A stretch of DNA of 64,000 bases from Candidatus Multivoradales bacterium (GCA_965223875.1 OZ245024.1:492015-556014); one strand, 5' to 3'; counted from the stretch's first letter, positions 27,792 to 37,844 are shown. The notes: generated by a model not told the origin, from the letters alone. Made by a program: numbers and translations.

Positions 27792-29501
27792 TCAGGCCCT
27801 TGCCAGCTCCGCGGTCGCCAGCTCGGCGATACGGAACTTCTGGATCTTGCCGGTCACGGTGGTCGGGAACTCCTCGACCAGCGAGATGTGGCGTGGCACC
27901 TTGAAGTGGGAGATCCGTCCCTTGGCGTACTGCCGCAGCTCTTCGGCCGTCGCGCTCTCTCCCTCGTGCAGGCGGACCCATGCCCCGATCTCCTCGCCGA
28001 GACGCTCTTCGGGAATGCCGAAGACGGCGATCTCGGCGACCTTCGGATGGGTGTAGTAGAAGGCCTCGATCTCCGCCGGGTAGACGTTCTCGCCGCCGCG
28101 GATGATCATCTCCTTGATGCGGCCGGTGATCTGCAGGTAGCCGTCCTCGTCCATCCGGCCGAGATCGCCCGAGTGCAGCCAGCCCCTGTCGTCGATCGTC
28201 TCCCGGGTCGCCTCCGGCTGGTCGTAGTAGCCGCGCATCACGTGGTAACCCCGGAAGCAGACCTCCCCCTGCTCGCCGATCGGTACCACCGCGCCCGTGT
28301 CGACATCGACCACCTTCACCTCCTGGTGCGGCAGGTTGGTGCCGACCGTCCCGATGCGCCGCTCGAACGGATCGTCGGGATGGGTCATGTGGGTCACCGG
28401 CGAGGCCTCGGTCTGTCCGTAGCCGATCAGGAGCTCGCCGATCCCCATCCGGTCGATAACCCGTCGCATGAGCTCCGGAGGGCAGGGCGCACCCGCCATG
28501 ATGCCGGCACGGAGACTCGACAGATCGAAGCTGTCGAAGTCCGGGTGTTCGAGCTCGGCCACGAACATGGTCGGCACTCCGTGAACCGCGGTGCACCGCT
28601 CGGCGTCGATGGCCGACAGGACCGCTCCGGCCTCGAAATGAGGGGCGGGGATGATCAGCGTCGCCCCATGGGTGAGGCAACCGAGCGTCGAGACCACCAT
28701 GCCGAAGCAGTGGTAGAAGGGCACCGGAACACAGAGACGATCCTCATGGGTGAAGCGCGTCGATTCGGCGACGAAGAATCCGTTGTTGACGATGTTGTGG
28801 TGCGTCAGTACCACGGCCTTGGGAAAACCGGTCGTTCCCGAAGTGAACTGGATGTTGATCGGGTCGTCCGGATCGAGCCTCGCGGCCAGTGTCTCGACGG
28901 CCTCGTCGGAGACCGCCTCCCCCGCTGTCAGGACCTCGGTCCAGCTCGTGATCCCTCGCGCCGGCGCCGCCGCGCGGCCCTCCGGGTCGTAGATCACCAC
29001 GTGCCGCAGATCGGGCAGCCGCTCGATCGACAGCCCGTCGGGGGACTGCACGGGAAGCTCCGGCGCCAGCTCGGTCAGCATGCCGACGTAGTCCGAGCTC
29101 TTGAAGCTGGGAATGACGAAGAGCGCCTGAACCCGCGCCAGGCGCAGCGCGTGCTCGAGCTCGTGAGGCCGGTAGGCCGGGTTGATGTTGACCAGGATCG
29201 CGCCGATCCTGGCCGTGGCGAGCTGGACCAGGACCCATTCGATATTGTCCGTCGACCAGATCCCCACCCTGTCGCCGGGCCCGAGCCCCAGCGCCACCAG
29301 GCCACGAGCCAGTCGCGCTACCTCGCCCTCGAGCTCGGCGTAGGTGAGGCGGGCGTCCTGCTCCAGCGAGACGACCGCCTCATTGTCCGGATGCTCGCGG
29401 ACGACGCGGCGGAAGAAGCCGTCGACGGTGTCACCGATGAGCGGCCGCCGGCCGCCGCGGTGGACGTACGAAACGCGGAGCGGCTCGCGCGTTACTGTCA
29501 T
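27792..29501 (-). CDS. AMP-dependent acyl-CoA synthetase/ligase
   Basis: AMP-binding motif 'FTSGTTGFPKAVVLTHHNIV'. 569 aa. Confidence 0.85.
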   Translation of the reverse strand: MTVTREPLRVSYVHRGGRRPLIGDTVDGFFRRVVREHPDNEAVVSLEQDARLTYAELEGEVARLARGLVALGLGPGDRVGIWSTDNIEWVLVQLATARIGAILVNINPAYRPHELEHALRLARVQALFVIPSFKSSDYVGMLTELAPELPVQSPDGLSIERLPDLRHVVIYDPEGRAAAPARGITSWTEVLTAGEAVSDEAVETLAARLDPDDPINIQFTSGTTGFPKAVVLTHHNIVNNGFFVAESTRFTHEDRLCVPVPFYHCFGMVVSTLGCLTHGATLIIPAPHFEAGAVLSAIDAERCTAVHGVPTMFVAELEHPDFDSFDLSSLRAGIMAGAPCPPELMRRVIDRMGIGELLIGYGQTEASPVTHMTHPDDPFERRIGTVGTNLPHQEVKVVDVDTGAVVPIGEQGEVCFRGYHVMRGYYDQPEATRETIDDRGWLHSGDLGRMDEDGYLQITGRIKEMIIRGGENVYPAEIEAFYYTHPKVAEIAVFGIPEERLGEEIGAWVRLHEGESATAEELRQYAKGRISHFKVPRHISLVEEFPTTVTGKIQKFRIAELATAELARA

Positions 29502-29676
29502 TCGCGTCCCTCCTCCTTCACGAAAACGCTATCAGCCGGCCACGCGTACGACACCCCGTCTCGGGGTAGTCGTCGGGAGCCGGCCGTCTCATCCCGGCGG
29601 GTAGCGCCCCGAAGGCGAGCGCCAGCGGTATCCTCGGTCTCGCACAGCCGTTCTTGCCCGCCGAAGCCCGCAGCCG

Positions 29677-30198
29677 ATGAAGTACACCTCCAAGCAGGCC
29701 CTGATCGACGACATGACGACGCAGTACCGCGCCCTGTGGGACCAGATCGGATCGATCGATCCGACGCGCTACGAAGAACCCGGCGTCTGGGGCGATTCGT
29801 GGTCGCTCAAGGACCTCGTCGCACACCTCGACGTCTGGGCCCGGATGTGCCTCGACTGGTACCGGCGTGGCCTCTCGGGCGAGGATTTCCCCATCCCCGC
29901 CGAGGGCTACACCTGGCGCCGGACGCCGGAGCTCAATCGACGCATTCAGCGCGACCATCGCGACGACGCCTGGTCGGACGTCCAGGCGCGGCTCGAGCGG
30001 GCGCACTTGGAGCTCCTGACCCTGGTCGACAACGCTTCTGAGGAGGAGCTTCTCACCCCCAGCGTCCACCGGTGGACCGGCAGCTCCCAGCTCGCCACCT
30101 ACATCGCCGCCAACAGCAGTAGTCACTATCGCGCCGCGATCCGGTTCCTGAAGCGCTGGAAACGACAGCAGCGATCGAAGGCGATCGACGGGGCGTGA
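29677..30198 (+). CDS. ClbS/DfsB family four-helix-bundle protein (DUF1706)
   Basis: '...WSLKDLVAHLDVWARMCLDWYRRGLSGE...GYTW' matches the ClbS/DfsB pattern. Confidence 0.65.
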   Translation: MKYTSKQALIDDMTTQYRALWDQIGSIDPTRYEEPGVWGDSWSLKDLVAHLDVWARMCLDWYRRGLSGEDFPIPAEGYTWRRTPELNRRIQRDHRDDAWSDVQARLERAHLELLTLVDNASEEELLTPSVHRWTGSSQLATYIAANSSSHYRAAIRFLKRWKRQQRSKAIDGA

Positions 30199-30202
30199 CT
30201 GT

Positions 30203-30272
30203 CTCGTTCCGGAAGCTCCGCCGGCTCGTTCCGGAAGCTCCGCCGGCTCGTTCCGGAAGCTCCGCCGGCTCG
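30203..30272. repeat. 22-bp tandem repeat, 3.2 copies (ctcgttccggaagctccgccgg)
   Basis: Three perfect copies at 30203-30268 plus a partial fourth. It lies between the ClbS stop and the SGNH hydrolase. Confidence 0.9.
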
Positions 30273-30421
30273 GCCTCGACCTGACTCTCGCGGTCGTCGC
30301 TCTGGTCGCGGCCCTGGCCGCCGCAGAGGGCCTTCTGGCCCTCGCCGGCGTCGGTGACCAGCCCGGTGACTCCTGGCGCACCCTGGGGCTGCAGCGGCCG
30401 GACGAGGAGCTCATCTACTCG

Positions 30422-31351
30422 ATGCGTCCCTCGTCCCGGCGCATCTGGGAGACCGAGGAGTTCGTCGAGCGGGCCAGCGTCAACGCCCACGGCTTGCGCG
30501 GTGCCGAGCTATCCGCCGACGACGAGGGTCGCTTCAGGATCGTCGTCCTCGGGGACTCGATGACCTATGGCCACGGTGTCGGCAACGTCGAGACCTACCC
30601 CCATCAGCTTCACCGGACCATCGCCGAGCGCCGGCCGGAGCTCGGCATCGAGGTGATCAACGCCGGAACGCGCGGATACGGAACCGACCACAGCTACAAG
30701 CTCTTCGCCACTCGCCTGAGACCGCTACGACCGAAGATCGTCGTCTTAGCGCTCAACTACAACGACGTCGGCGACGACATCAACTACCCGCTCTACGTCC
30801 TCGAGGACGGCGAGCCGGTGCCGCTCGACGCCACCGAGAGCCACCTCTACAAGGTCGCCCTGTGGAGCGATCGAGTCCCCGACTGGCTCGCCGACTACCG
30901 GATCACCCGCCTGGCCGTCCGCTCGGGCGTCGGTCTGGCCACCCGCGGCTACTCGAGCCAACCGCCCGACGAGGGAGCCGCCCAGTGGGCGCAGGAGAAG
31001 ATCCTTGTCCAGCTGCGCTCGATGGCCGAGATGGGCGCCAGCGACGGCTTCCACCTCCTGGTGCTGGGCCTGCCGATGCGTGAGACGAAGTGGCTCCCGT
31101 TCGAGTGGCTCGCCGAGCCGATCGAGGGCATCGCCCCGCTACTCGACCTCTCCCCTGATCCGAGCTGGAGAGCCGAGAAGGAGCGCTGGTTCTTCCGCCT
31201 CAACGACCACCTGTCGGTAGCCGGGAACGCACGGGTCGCCGAGACGCTCTACGAGACCCTCGCCGGCCGGAACTGGCTCGGCCGCGATGAGGTGGAGCCC
31301 CCTCCTTCGGACGCCTCGCACACTCCCGCCGGGTCAGGTATCCCGGACTGA
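30422..31351 (+). CDS. SGNH/GDSL family hydrolase (N-terminal boundary uncertain)
   Basis: 'RIVVLGDSMTYGHGVG' is the GDS(x) block. An in-frame TM helix 'LDLTLAVVALVAALAAAEGLLALAGV' lies upstream of the first ATG and has no canonical start. Confidence 0.7.
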   Translation: MRPSSRRIWETEEFVERASVNAHGLRGAELSADDEGRFRIVVLGDSMTYGHGVGNVETYPHQLHRTIAERRPELGIEVINAGTRGYGTDHSYKLFATRLRPLRPKIVVLALNYNDVGDDINYPLYVLEDGEPVPLDATESHLYKVALWSDRVPDWLADYRITRLAVRSGVGLATRGYSSQPPDEGAAQWAQEKILVQLRSMAEMGASDGFHLLVLGLPMRETKWLPFEWLAEPIEGIAPLLDLSPDPSWRAEKERWFFRLNDHLSVAGNARVAETLYETLAGRNWLGRDEVEPPPSDASHTPAGSGIPD

Positions 31352-31393
31352 AAGTAGCGGCGAGCCGGAAGCGAACGCCACAGCCGGCAAGGG

Positions 31394-31783
31394 CTAGTCG
31401 CCCAGCAGCCGCCCCAACCGCGCCACGAGGTCCTCGAGATCAAACGGTTTGTAGATCACCTGATCGGCACCGCTGAACTCCATGAACATGTTCTCGCGCT
31501 CGGGGTCGCCGCTCAGGTCACGGGCGGTGAGAAGAACGATCGGCGTCGGTGAGCTCACGTTCTCCGCCGCCTCGTCCTCGCGGATCTGCTTCGCGACGCG
31601 GTAGCCGTTCTCGCCCGGCATCATCACGTCTAGAACCACCAGATCGGGACGGTGCTGACGGAAGGACGCGAGTCCCTGGAGGCCGTCTCCGGCGGTCAAC
31701 ACCTCGTAGCCTTCGGTTTCGAGGCGGAATCCGGTGGTTTCCAGAAGGTCGGGCTCGTCGTCAACCAGAAGTATCGTCGTCAT
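31394..31783 (-). CDS. Response regulator, receiver domain only (CheY-like)
   Basis: 'ILLVDDEPDLLE...DLVVLDVMMPGENGY...KPFDLEDL'. Confidence 0.85.
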   Translation of the reverse strand: MTTILLVDDEPDLLETTGFRLETEGYEVLTAGDGLQGLASFRQHRPDLVVLDVMMPGENGYRVAKQIREDEAAENVSSPTPIVLLTARDLSGDPERENMFMEFSGADQVIYKPFDLEDLVARLGRLLGD

Positions 31784-33623
31784 TTATCGTCTCTCCATCG
31801 TATTGAATGGCATGCTCTACGACCGCGTGGCCGGTGGGTCCGTCGTCGGGAAAACAGGCCGGTCCCGACACGATCACCTCCGGGAAGTGCCCTTCGGCGG
31901 CCTTCTCCTCCAGCATCGCGACCAGGCGCGCCTTGACGACCATCGCTCCGGACATCGGAGTCATCAGCATCGCCAAGACGATGCGATCGTGAGCCGGTTG
32001 GTACACGACGTTGTCGGCCCGCTTGCGGAAGTGGGTCTCGGCCAGCTCGAAGACTCGGCGCACGTCCTTCTCGTTGGGAAAGGCCGAAGGAGTCTTCGTC
32101 TCCACGGAGCCCAGCCGCAGCACCAGGACGGTGAAGAAGCCGGCCTGCGTTCGGTAGTACATGACCTTGGATTCGAAGTCGAGCATCTCGACCGTTCGCG
32201 ACGACAAGGTCGGCAGGCGGAACCAGAAACGGCTTCCCTCCCCGGGCCGGCTGTCGACGTGAATTCGACTGCCGTGGCCCGCCACCAGTTGCTTGACGAT
32301 CGACAAGCCGAGGCCGGCTCCCTTCGTCCCACGGGTCAGATTGTCCCCGACCTGGTAGAAGCGCTCGAAGATCCTCGCCTGGTCGTCGAGCGAGATGCCG
32401 ACGCCGGTGTCCTCGACGGAGATCTCGGCTCCTTTCGGAAGCCGGCGAGCGGACATCGTCACCCACCCGCCTTCCGGGGTGTGTCTCAGGGCATTGTTCA
32501 CCAGGTTCGTCACCACCTGCTCGATCCTTCCGGCGTCGCACCACAGCAGAGCGATCGGATCGTCGCAGCTCACCCGGAGCTCGACCGAGCCCTCCTGCGC
32601 GGCGCTCTCCAGATTGCGCCGGACGAGCTCGAGCAGAGGCGCGATCTCGGTCTCCCGGTAGTCGAACTCCATCCTCCCGGCCTCGATTCTCGACAGATCG
32701 AGCAGGTCCGTGATGATCGCCGTGAGCCGGGCCGTATTGCGCTCGGTCATCGTCACGAAGCGCTCTTGAGCTTCGTTGAGCTCACCGGCCTTCCCGGAGG
32801 CGAGCAGGTCGACGCAGTTCTTGATCGACGCCAGCGGTGTCCGCAGCTCGTGCGACACGATCGAGATGAAATCGGTCTTGGTCTGGCTCACCCGCTTGAG
32901 CTTGAGGTTGGCCGCCTCCAGATCCTTCTCCGCCCGCCGCCGCTCCCTGACCTCGACCTCGAGCCTCCGATTCGACCTCTCCACCTGACGCGCGTGAACG
33001 GCGATGGCGAGCCTCGCCTCCTCGAGACCGGCGGACACCCTCTCCTCCTCCACCGTACGCTGCTTTTCCCGACGCAGTCGCACCACGAAGTAGCCGACGA
33101 AGGCGGCCGCCATCAGCAGGAAGGGGAACCGGATGAGAGTATCGCTGGTCCAGAAGCGAGCGTCGAATCCGCCACCGGCCAGCCAGAAGTAGATCACCGT
33201 ACCGACTCCCGCGGCGAGCACGATGAGGGGCAGGCTCTCACCGAGCGCGGCCAGAAGCAGAACCCCGAAGTACAGAAGAAAGAACTCGCTGCCGAACTCT
33301 CCCGAATAGACCAGGGCGAGGGTCACCAGGGCGATGTCGAGCAGGATCACGCCGCCGATCACCCCGACACCCTCCATTCGGCGCGGCGCGAGCAGCAGCA
33401 GGAGAAGGTTCGACGCCAGGACCGCGACCAGTCCGAGGCTGATCGCCGGAGGCGGTGCGGCGAAATCGCGGGCCACCAGAAGGAGGTACGCAGCCGTGAT
33501 CCAGAAGGCGGATCGGAGCACGACGAAGGTGCGCTGGCGCGGCGAAGAGCCGGGGACCCTGGCCGTCGGAGCCGGAGCCTCGCCCCGCGGCTCTCCGGAG
33601 CTAGGCAACGAACTCACTGTCAT
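31761..33623 (-). CDS. Multi-TM sensor histidine kinase with an extra C-terminal degenerate GGDEF-like domain
   Basis: About 6 N-terminal TM helices. HisKA H-box 'VSHELRTPLASIK'. HATPase_c G-boxes 'DTGVGIS' and 'GAGLGLSIVKQLV'. An extra ~150 aa then follows, resembling GGDEF with the motif replaced ('RADNVVYQPAHDRIVLAML'). Confidence 0.8.
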   Translation of the reverse strand: MTVSSLPSSGEPRGEAPAPTARVPGSSPRQRTFVVLRSAFWITAAYLLLVARDFAAPPPAISLGLVAVLASNLLLLLLAPRRMEGVGVIGGVILLDIALVTLALVYSGEFGSEFFLLYFGVLLLAALGESLPLIVLAAGVGTVIYFWLAGGGFDARFWTSDTLIRFPFLLMAAAFVGYFVVRLRREKQRTVEEERVSAGLEEARLAIAVHARQVERSNRRLEVEVRERRRAEKDLEAANLKLKRVSQTKTDFISIVSHELRTPLASIKNCVDLLASGKAGELNEAQERFVTMTERNTARLTAIITDLLDLSRIEAGRMEFDYRETEIAPLLELVRRNLESAAQEGSVELRVSCDDPIALLWCDAGRIEQVVTNLVNNALRHTPEGGWVTMSARRLPKGAEISVEDTGVGISLDDQARIFERFYQVGDNLTRGTKGAGLGLSIVKQLVAGHGSRIHVDSRPGEGSRFWFRLPTLSSRTVEMLDFESKVMYYRTQAGFFTVLVLRLGSVETKTPSAFPNEKDVRRVFELAETHFRKRADNVVYQPAHDRIVLAMLMTPMSGAMVVKARLVAMLEEKAAEGHFPEVIVSGPACFPDDGPTGHAVVEHAIQYDGETINDDDTSG

Positions 33624-34110
33624 CAGACTCGCACTTCTTCGGGGCCTACGATCCCCCGACCATCCGGAGCCCGGATAGCAATCTTTGAGTCACCGCGACG
33701 CGCTCACCCGGGTCAGACCACAGCCTACGGGGTACCGAGCCTGCTCTCAGTGATGCAGTGGCGGCGTCGACAGCGCGGGCTCGTTCTCGAAGCCCGGCTC
33801 CCGCAGCATCAATGGCGGCGCCGGGGCTGGCCTCGACAATTGCGATCTCTGGACGAGCAGCAGTAGCGGTGAATGGGGAACCGTCGTCACTCTGCGGGCG
33901 GACTGGATCAATGACCCCAATGTCTCCGGGACTCCCTGGCGCGCCACGATCGAGGCCTGTACGGGCGCGCCGGTCTGGTGTGTCGAGGACTGATTCCCGC
34001 GGACCGACCCAGATGATCGTGGAGCGGTCGAACCCGTAGGGCCGACCGCAAGCGGGCCGATGCGATGACCGGAGCCCCGGGCCGGGGCTCGAGAGGATAG
34101 GAGCCGATCC

Positions 34111-35631
34111 TCAGGGAGTCGAGGGAACCGGTACAGCGCCGCTCGTCTCGCAACTGGACGCCGCGAGCGCTTCGAGCCAGCACCGATCGTCCTCGAGGAC
34201 CACAGCGCCGGTGCCCGCCCCCTGAGCGTCCGTCCGCACCCAGATCGGTGGCAGCTGGAAGGGCTCGCCGATCTCGAAGCTCGCGCCGTGGCAGACGACG
34301 CCTCCCTTGACCCAGCCGGTGTTGGTCATCGCCGCCACCACGCCGACCTCGGAGTTCGGCGGCGCGTTGAGGACCGACACCGTGACCGGTCCCGGGCAAG
34401 TGCCGCTGGCCGACAGATGGAGGCTCGGACCGACGTAGCGTTGGCCGAAGACGCCGACGGAGTCCCCGTCCTGGACGTAGCTCCCCCACACCACCACGAA
34501 GTCCCCGTCCGCACTCGACGCCACATCGGGACGGAACTGGGTGTAGGTCGTGTAGCTGTTGACCTGGAACGCCGTGGTCAGGGGCGTCCCGTCCGGCGCG
34601 TACTGGCGAGCGAAGATATCGCTGTAGCTCGCCACCGGACCGTCGTCGGCCCACGCCACGACGAAGGCGCCGGTCGCATCGGAGGCCACCGCGGGCTCGA
34701 TGCCGGACGGGCTGACGAGAAACTCGATGCCCAGCGGCTGGCCGGAGGCGTCGAAGCGCTGCCCGGCGATGCCGGGAGCGCCCGACCACACGACGACGAA
34801 GTTCCCGCCCGGATCCATCGCCACGACCTGCCCACGCTCGGAGCTCCCTGTGTTCGTGTTGACGGCGAACTCGCCGCCCCTCGGCACTCCGGCCACGTCG
34901 TAGAGCTGCCCGAAAACGCCGCCCTTCTCGCCGTCCTGCTCGTAGCTCTCCCAGACGACGACGAAGTTCCCGCTGGCGTCGGCCGCCGCCACGGGGTACC
35001 TCTGGTAGTCCGTCGTATAGGTGTTGACCTGGAACTCACCGCCCAGCAGAGCCCCGGAAGCATCGTAGAGCTGGCCGAAGACCCCGGTATCGCTACCGTC
35101 CTGCTCGTCGCTGGTCCAGACGACGACCGTGTTCCCGTTGCCTCCGACGGCGGCTTCGGGCTTTATCTGCAGCTCGGGCGTGTAACTGTTCACCAGGAAC
35201 TCGCCGTCGAGAACAGTCCCCGCAGCGTCGAACTGCTTACCGATGATCTCGCGATCGCCGGGTAGCGCCGACCAGGCCCACTCCCAGTAAACGGCGAAGT
35301 TTCCCGCCGCGCCCATGACGACATCGGAGAACCACTGTTCCCCGTCCTGCTGCCGGTTGACGCGGAACTCGTCGCCCAACCGGTTTCCCGCGACGTCGTA
35401 CCGCTGGCTGAACACACCGTCGTCGTCGTCGTCGGGGCCGTGCCAGACGACGACGAACTCTCCCCGCCCGTTCATCGCCACCGCCGGCGTGTACTGGCGG
35501 CCGCTGGTCGTGGTGTTGACCTGGAACTCACCCCCGATCGGCTGCTGGGCCGCCAACCGAGCCACCGGGATCAAGCAACCCACCAGGGAGAGGTGGACTA
35601 CCACCGCGATACAAATCGATCCGAGCCGCAA
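34111..35631 (-). CDS. Secreted protein with about 9 tandem ~48-aa repeats and a C-terminal PPC-like domain
   Basis: Signal peptide. The repeat consensus is 'GEFQVNTYTTxxQxxPxVAxxxxGNFVVVWxSxxQDGxxxGVFGQRYD'. The C-terminal ~100 aa ('TCPGPVTVSVLNAPPNSEV...') are shared with the metzincin at 39532-41016. Confidence 0.6.
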   Translation of the reverse strand: MRLGSICIAVVVHLSLVGCLIPVARLAAQQPIGGEFQVNTTTSGRQYTPAVAMNGRGEFVVVWHGPDDDDDGVFSQRYDVAGNRLGDEFRVNRQQDGEQWFSDVVMGAAGNFAVYWEWAWSALPGDREIIGKQFDAAGTVLDGEFLVNSYTPELQIKPEAAVGGNGNTVVVWTSDEQDGSDTGVFGQLYDASGALLGGEFQVNTYTTDYQRYPVAAADASGNFVVVWESYEQDGEKGGVFGQLYDVAGVPRGGEFAVNTNTGSSERGQVVAMDPGGNFVVVWSGAPGIAGQRFDASGQPLGIEFLVSPSGIEPAVASDATGAFVVAWADDGPVASYSDIFARQYAPDGTPLTTAFQVNSYTTYTQFRPDVASSADGDFVVVWGSYVQDGDSVGVFGQRYVGPSLHLSASGTCPGPVTVSVLNAPPNSEVGVVAAMTNTGWVKGGVVCHGASFEIGEPFQLPPIWVRTDAQGAGTGAVVLEDDRCWLEALAASSCETSGAVPVPSTP

Positions 35632-35876
35632 GACTCCCCTTCAAACGACAAACAGTTCAGCGGACACCACACTCGCCTCCCGGAACAAGCCGGTACCCGC
35701 TACAACTGTACACGAGGCACGAAAGTGCAACGGTCAAAGTATCTGGTATTCCGGCTTCGCCGTCCAGACCATCAGCATAGTAGCGACCCTCCAGTCATCG
35801 TCAAAGGGGATCCAGGCACTATCCTGGTTGGGTCGTGCTTTTCCACACTTCTGACCAAGCCAACCGAAAGAAGGCA

Positions 35877-36728
35877 ATGTACAACGGAAACGGAACGATC
35901 GCAGTCCGAAGCATCGAAGAGTTTGTGTCGCTAATTGCTATCCACCGGCAGTTCAAGCTCGGGCGGGGCGAGCCTCGCGCTTACGAGAAGGGTTGCTATC
36001 CGTCGGTCTGGCGCAAGGGACATCGATTTGCCGACCGGACGCCAGTTCGAACAGGGAGCAGCTTCACTCGTGGAGAGCTCGAGGCCTTGAAGGCCTGCGA
36101 GAGAGACTTCCAGGATGGGAACCTGGACGACCGGTTTATCCGCCGGCTCGAGAACCTACCGGCGGTCGAGGACTGCATCGACACCGAGGACCTCCTGGTC
36201 TGGGCGGCTCTCGCTCAGCATTACAACGATGAGATGCAGTATCCGACCCGTCTGCTCGACCTGACCTCAGATCCTCTCGTTGCATTGTTCTTCGCTGTCT
36301 GTTCGCAGCCAGACGAGAACGGCTTCGTTTTTGCTTTTCATGGGAACTACAACCGGCTCTTCGAAGCAGCCCGCCGGGAACCTCCTGGCCAGTGCTTCGA
36401 CATCACGTTGTTCTGGAACGAACAGGGCCATAAGTTCACACTGAATGCAAACACGGTCATGGTCTTCGAGCCGAGCTTTCCGAACCAGAGGCTAGCTGTT
36501 CAGCGAGGGCACTTCGGATTCACTAGGGGAATCGACCAGCATCTAATGAATCTCAGCCCATTGATCTACGAGATCCCCTACGAGAGAAAGGAGAGCATCG
36601 TCCAGGCCCTCGAGGGACTGAACGTCAGTGAGGAATGGCTCTTCCCTAAGACGACTTGGCAGCCAGCACGTCCATCGCGGCTAAGACATCGTCGTCGGTC
36701 GGGTGTACATAGCGCATCGTCGTTGTGA
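35877..36728 (+). CDS. FRG-domain protein (defence-island associated family)
   Basis: 'ALAQHYNDEMQYPTRLLDLTSDPLVALFFAV' matches the FRG-domain core as I remember it. The DNA is noticeably less GC-rich locally. It lies next to a decayed integrase and tRNA-Lys. Confidence 0.5.
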   Translation: MYNGNGTIAVRSIEEFVSLIAIHRQFKLGRGEPRAYEKGCYPSVWRKGHRFADRTPVRTGSSFTRGELEALKACERDFQDGNLDDRFIRRLENLPAVEDCIDTEDLLVWAALAQHYNDEMQYPTRLLDLTSDPLVALFFAVCSQPDENGFVFAFHGNYNRLFEAARREPPGQCFDITLFWNEQGHKFTLNANTVMVFEPSFPNQRLAVQRGHFGFTRGIDQHLMNLSPLIYEIPYERKESIVQALEGLNVSEEWLFPKTTWQPARPSRLRHRRRSGVHSASSL

Positions 36729-37640
36729 TGCTCGAGTGACCGAGGATCTTCTGCAGTACTGGCACCGGAATGCGACGGGCGAGATCAGTCGCCACCGAAT
36801 GTCGAATGTCATGAATTCGAGCAGGCCGCCCTTCGCCATCAGAAAGGTCGAGATCCTGGACCAGCCTGCGCCAGGCCCTGTCGATATTGACCAGGTGCTT
36901 GCCCGGTATGGCGCCCGGGAACACACACGGTCCCTGACGTGGTGCCAAGCGCAGCACCTCGACCGCCTCTTTTGAGAGTGGGATCTTGCGCTGACCGGTC
37001 TTGCCGTCCACCTTCACCCAGCGCCCCTCCATATCGACGTCGGTCCATCGCATCGAGAGGACCTCCGACTTGCGGGCCCGGTCAGGAGAAGCAACTGGAT
37101 TGCCAGGCTAGCGCCAGGCGAGAAAGCTCCAGCAGTGATCTCTTGGCGGGCGCGGTCCCGATCACCTGGAGACAGGTAGGTCTCTCTCCTCACCTCCTTG
37201 AATCGCTTAACGCTCTTCGTTGGCTTCAACGTGGGGTCAGATAGGCCATGCCGCTCGGCGACGGTGAACAAACGCGATAAGAGCGATAGCGCTCGGTTCG
37301 CGTTGGCCTCACCGGTCGCCTTTCCAAGACGCTGATGCCAGATCGTCACGTCACTGTGGCGAACAGCTGTCGCCTTCAGCTTGCCGAAAGTAGGGGCGAT
37401 CCCATTGAAGTCTTGGGCGCTCTTACGAGCCTGGGAAACCGTCCGAGTAGGAAACCTTCCAAGCGTGACCTTGTACTGGCGCCCGTCACGCCGGTACTTA
37501 TAGGTGAACGATTTTGATCCGCTGGGCGTGATCCGCAGGCCGAAATGCGGTGTCAGGGTTTCCCAGATGACGTATTCAGAAGGCTGCGCTCTTGCAGATA
37601 TGGCTACTGACTTGGTCAGTCGCTTCTTTATGGTACCGCT
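36646..37640 (-). pseudogene. P4-like tyrosine integrase, frameshifted and lacking a start codon
   Basis: Three frames carry consecutive integrase parts. The arm-binding N-terminus (37350-37640) is 'RLTKSVAISARAQPSEYVIWETLTPHFGLRITPSGSKSFTYKYRRDGRQYKVTLGRFP'. The core-binding region is 37014-37349. The catalytic C-terminus (36646-37053) ends '...HDIRHSVATDLARR...LGHSSITTTMRYVH'. Confidence 0.7.
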
Positions 37641-37766
37641 ATGGCACCAAGCCTAGGACATTCAGAGCATATTCGGGGTACGTTCCCGGCATAACAGGAC
37701 CTCCTGAAGAAGGCCCTAAGAACCAGCGAAAACCTAGGATCTACTTGCCGCAAAGGAGTATTCTGA

Positions 37767-37844
37767 TGGTGGGCCGTGAGGGAATCGAACCCCCGACCAT
37801 CAGATTAAAAGTCTGCAGCTCTACCAACTGAGCTAACGGCCCAC
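37767..37844 (-). tRNA. tRNA-Lys (anticodon UUU)
   Basis: The reverse complement 'gtgggccgttagctcagttggtagagctgcagacttttaatctgatggtcgggggttcgattccctcacggcccacca' is highly similar to E. coli tRNA-Lys. The anticodon loop is CTTTTAA. Confidence 0.9.

Noticed and set aside
33624-34110. 490-bp gap between the histidine kinase start and the repeat-protein end
   Set aside because: Only short, compositionally poor ORFs are present (33747-33947, 33758-34039). No convincing gene or structured element was found. It is probably a promoter or terminator region.
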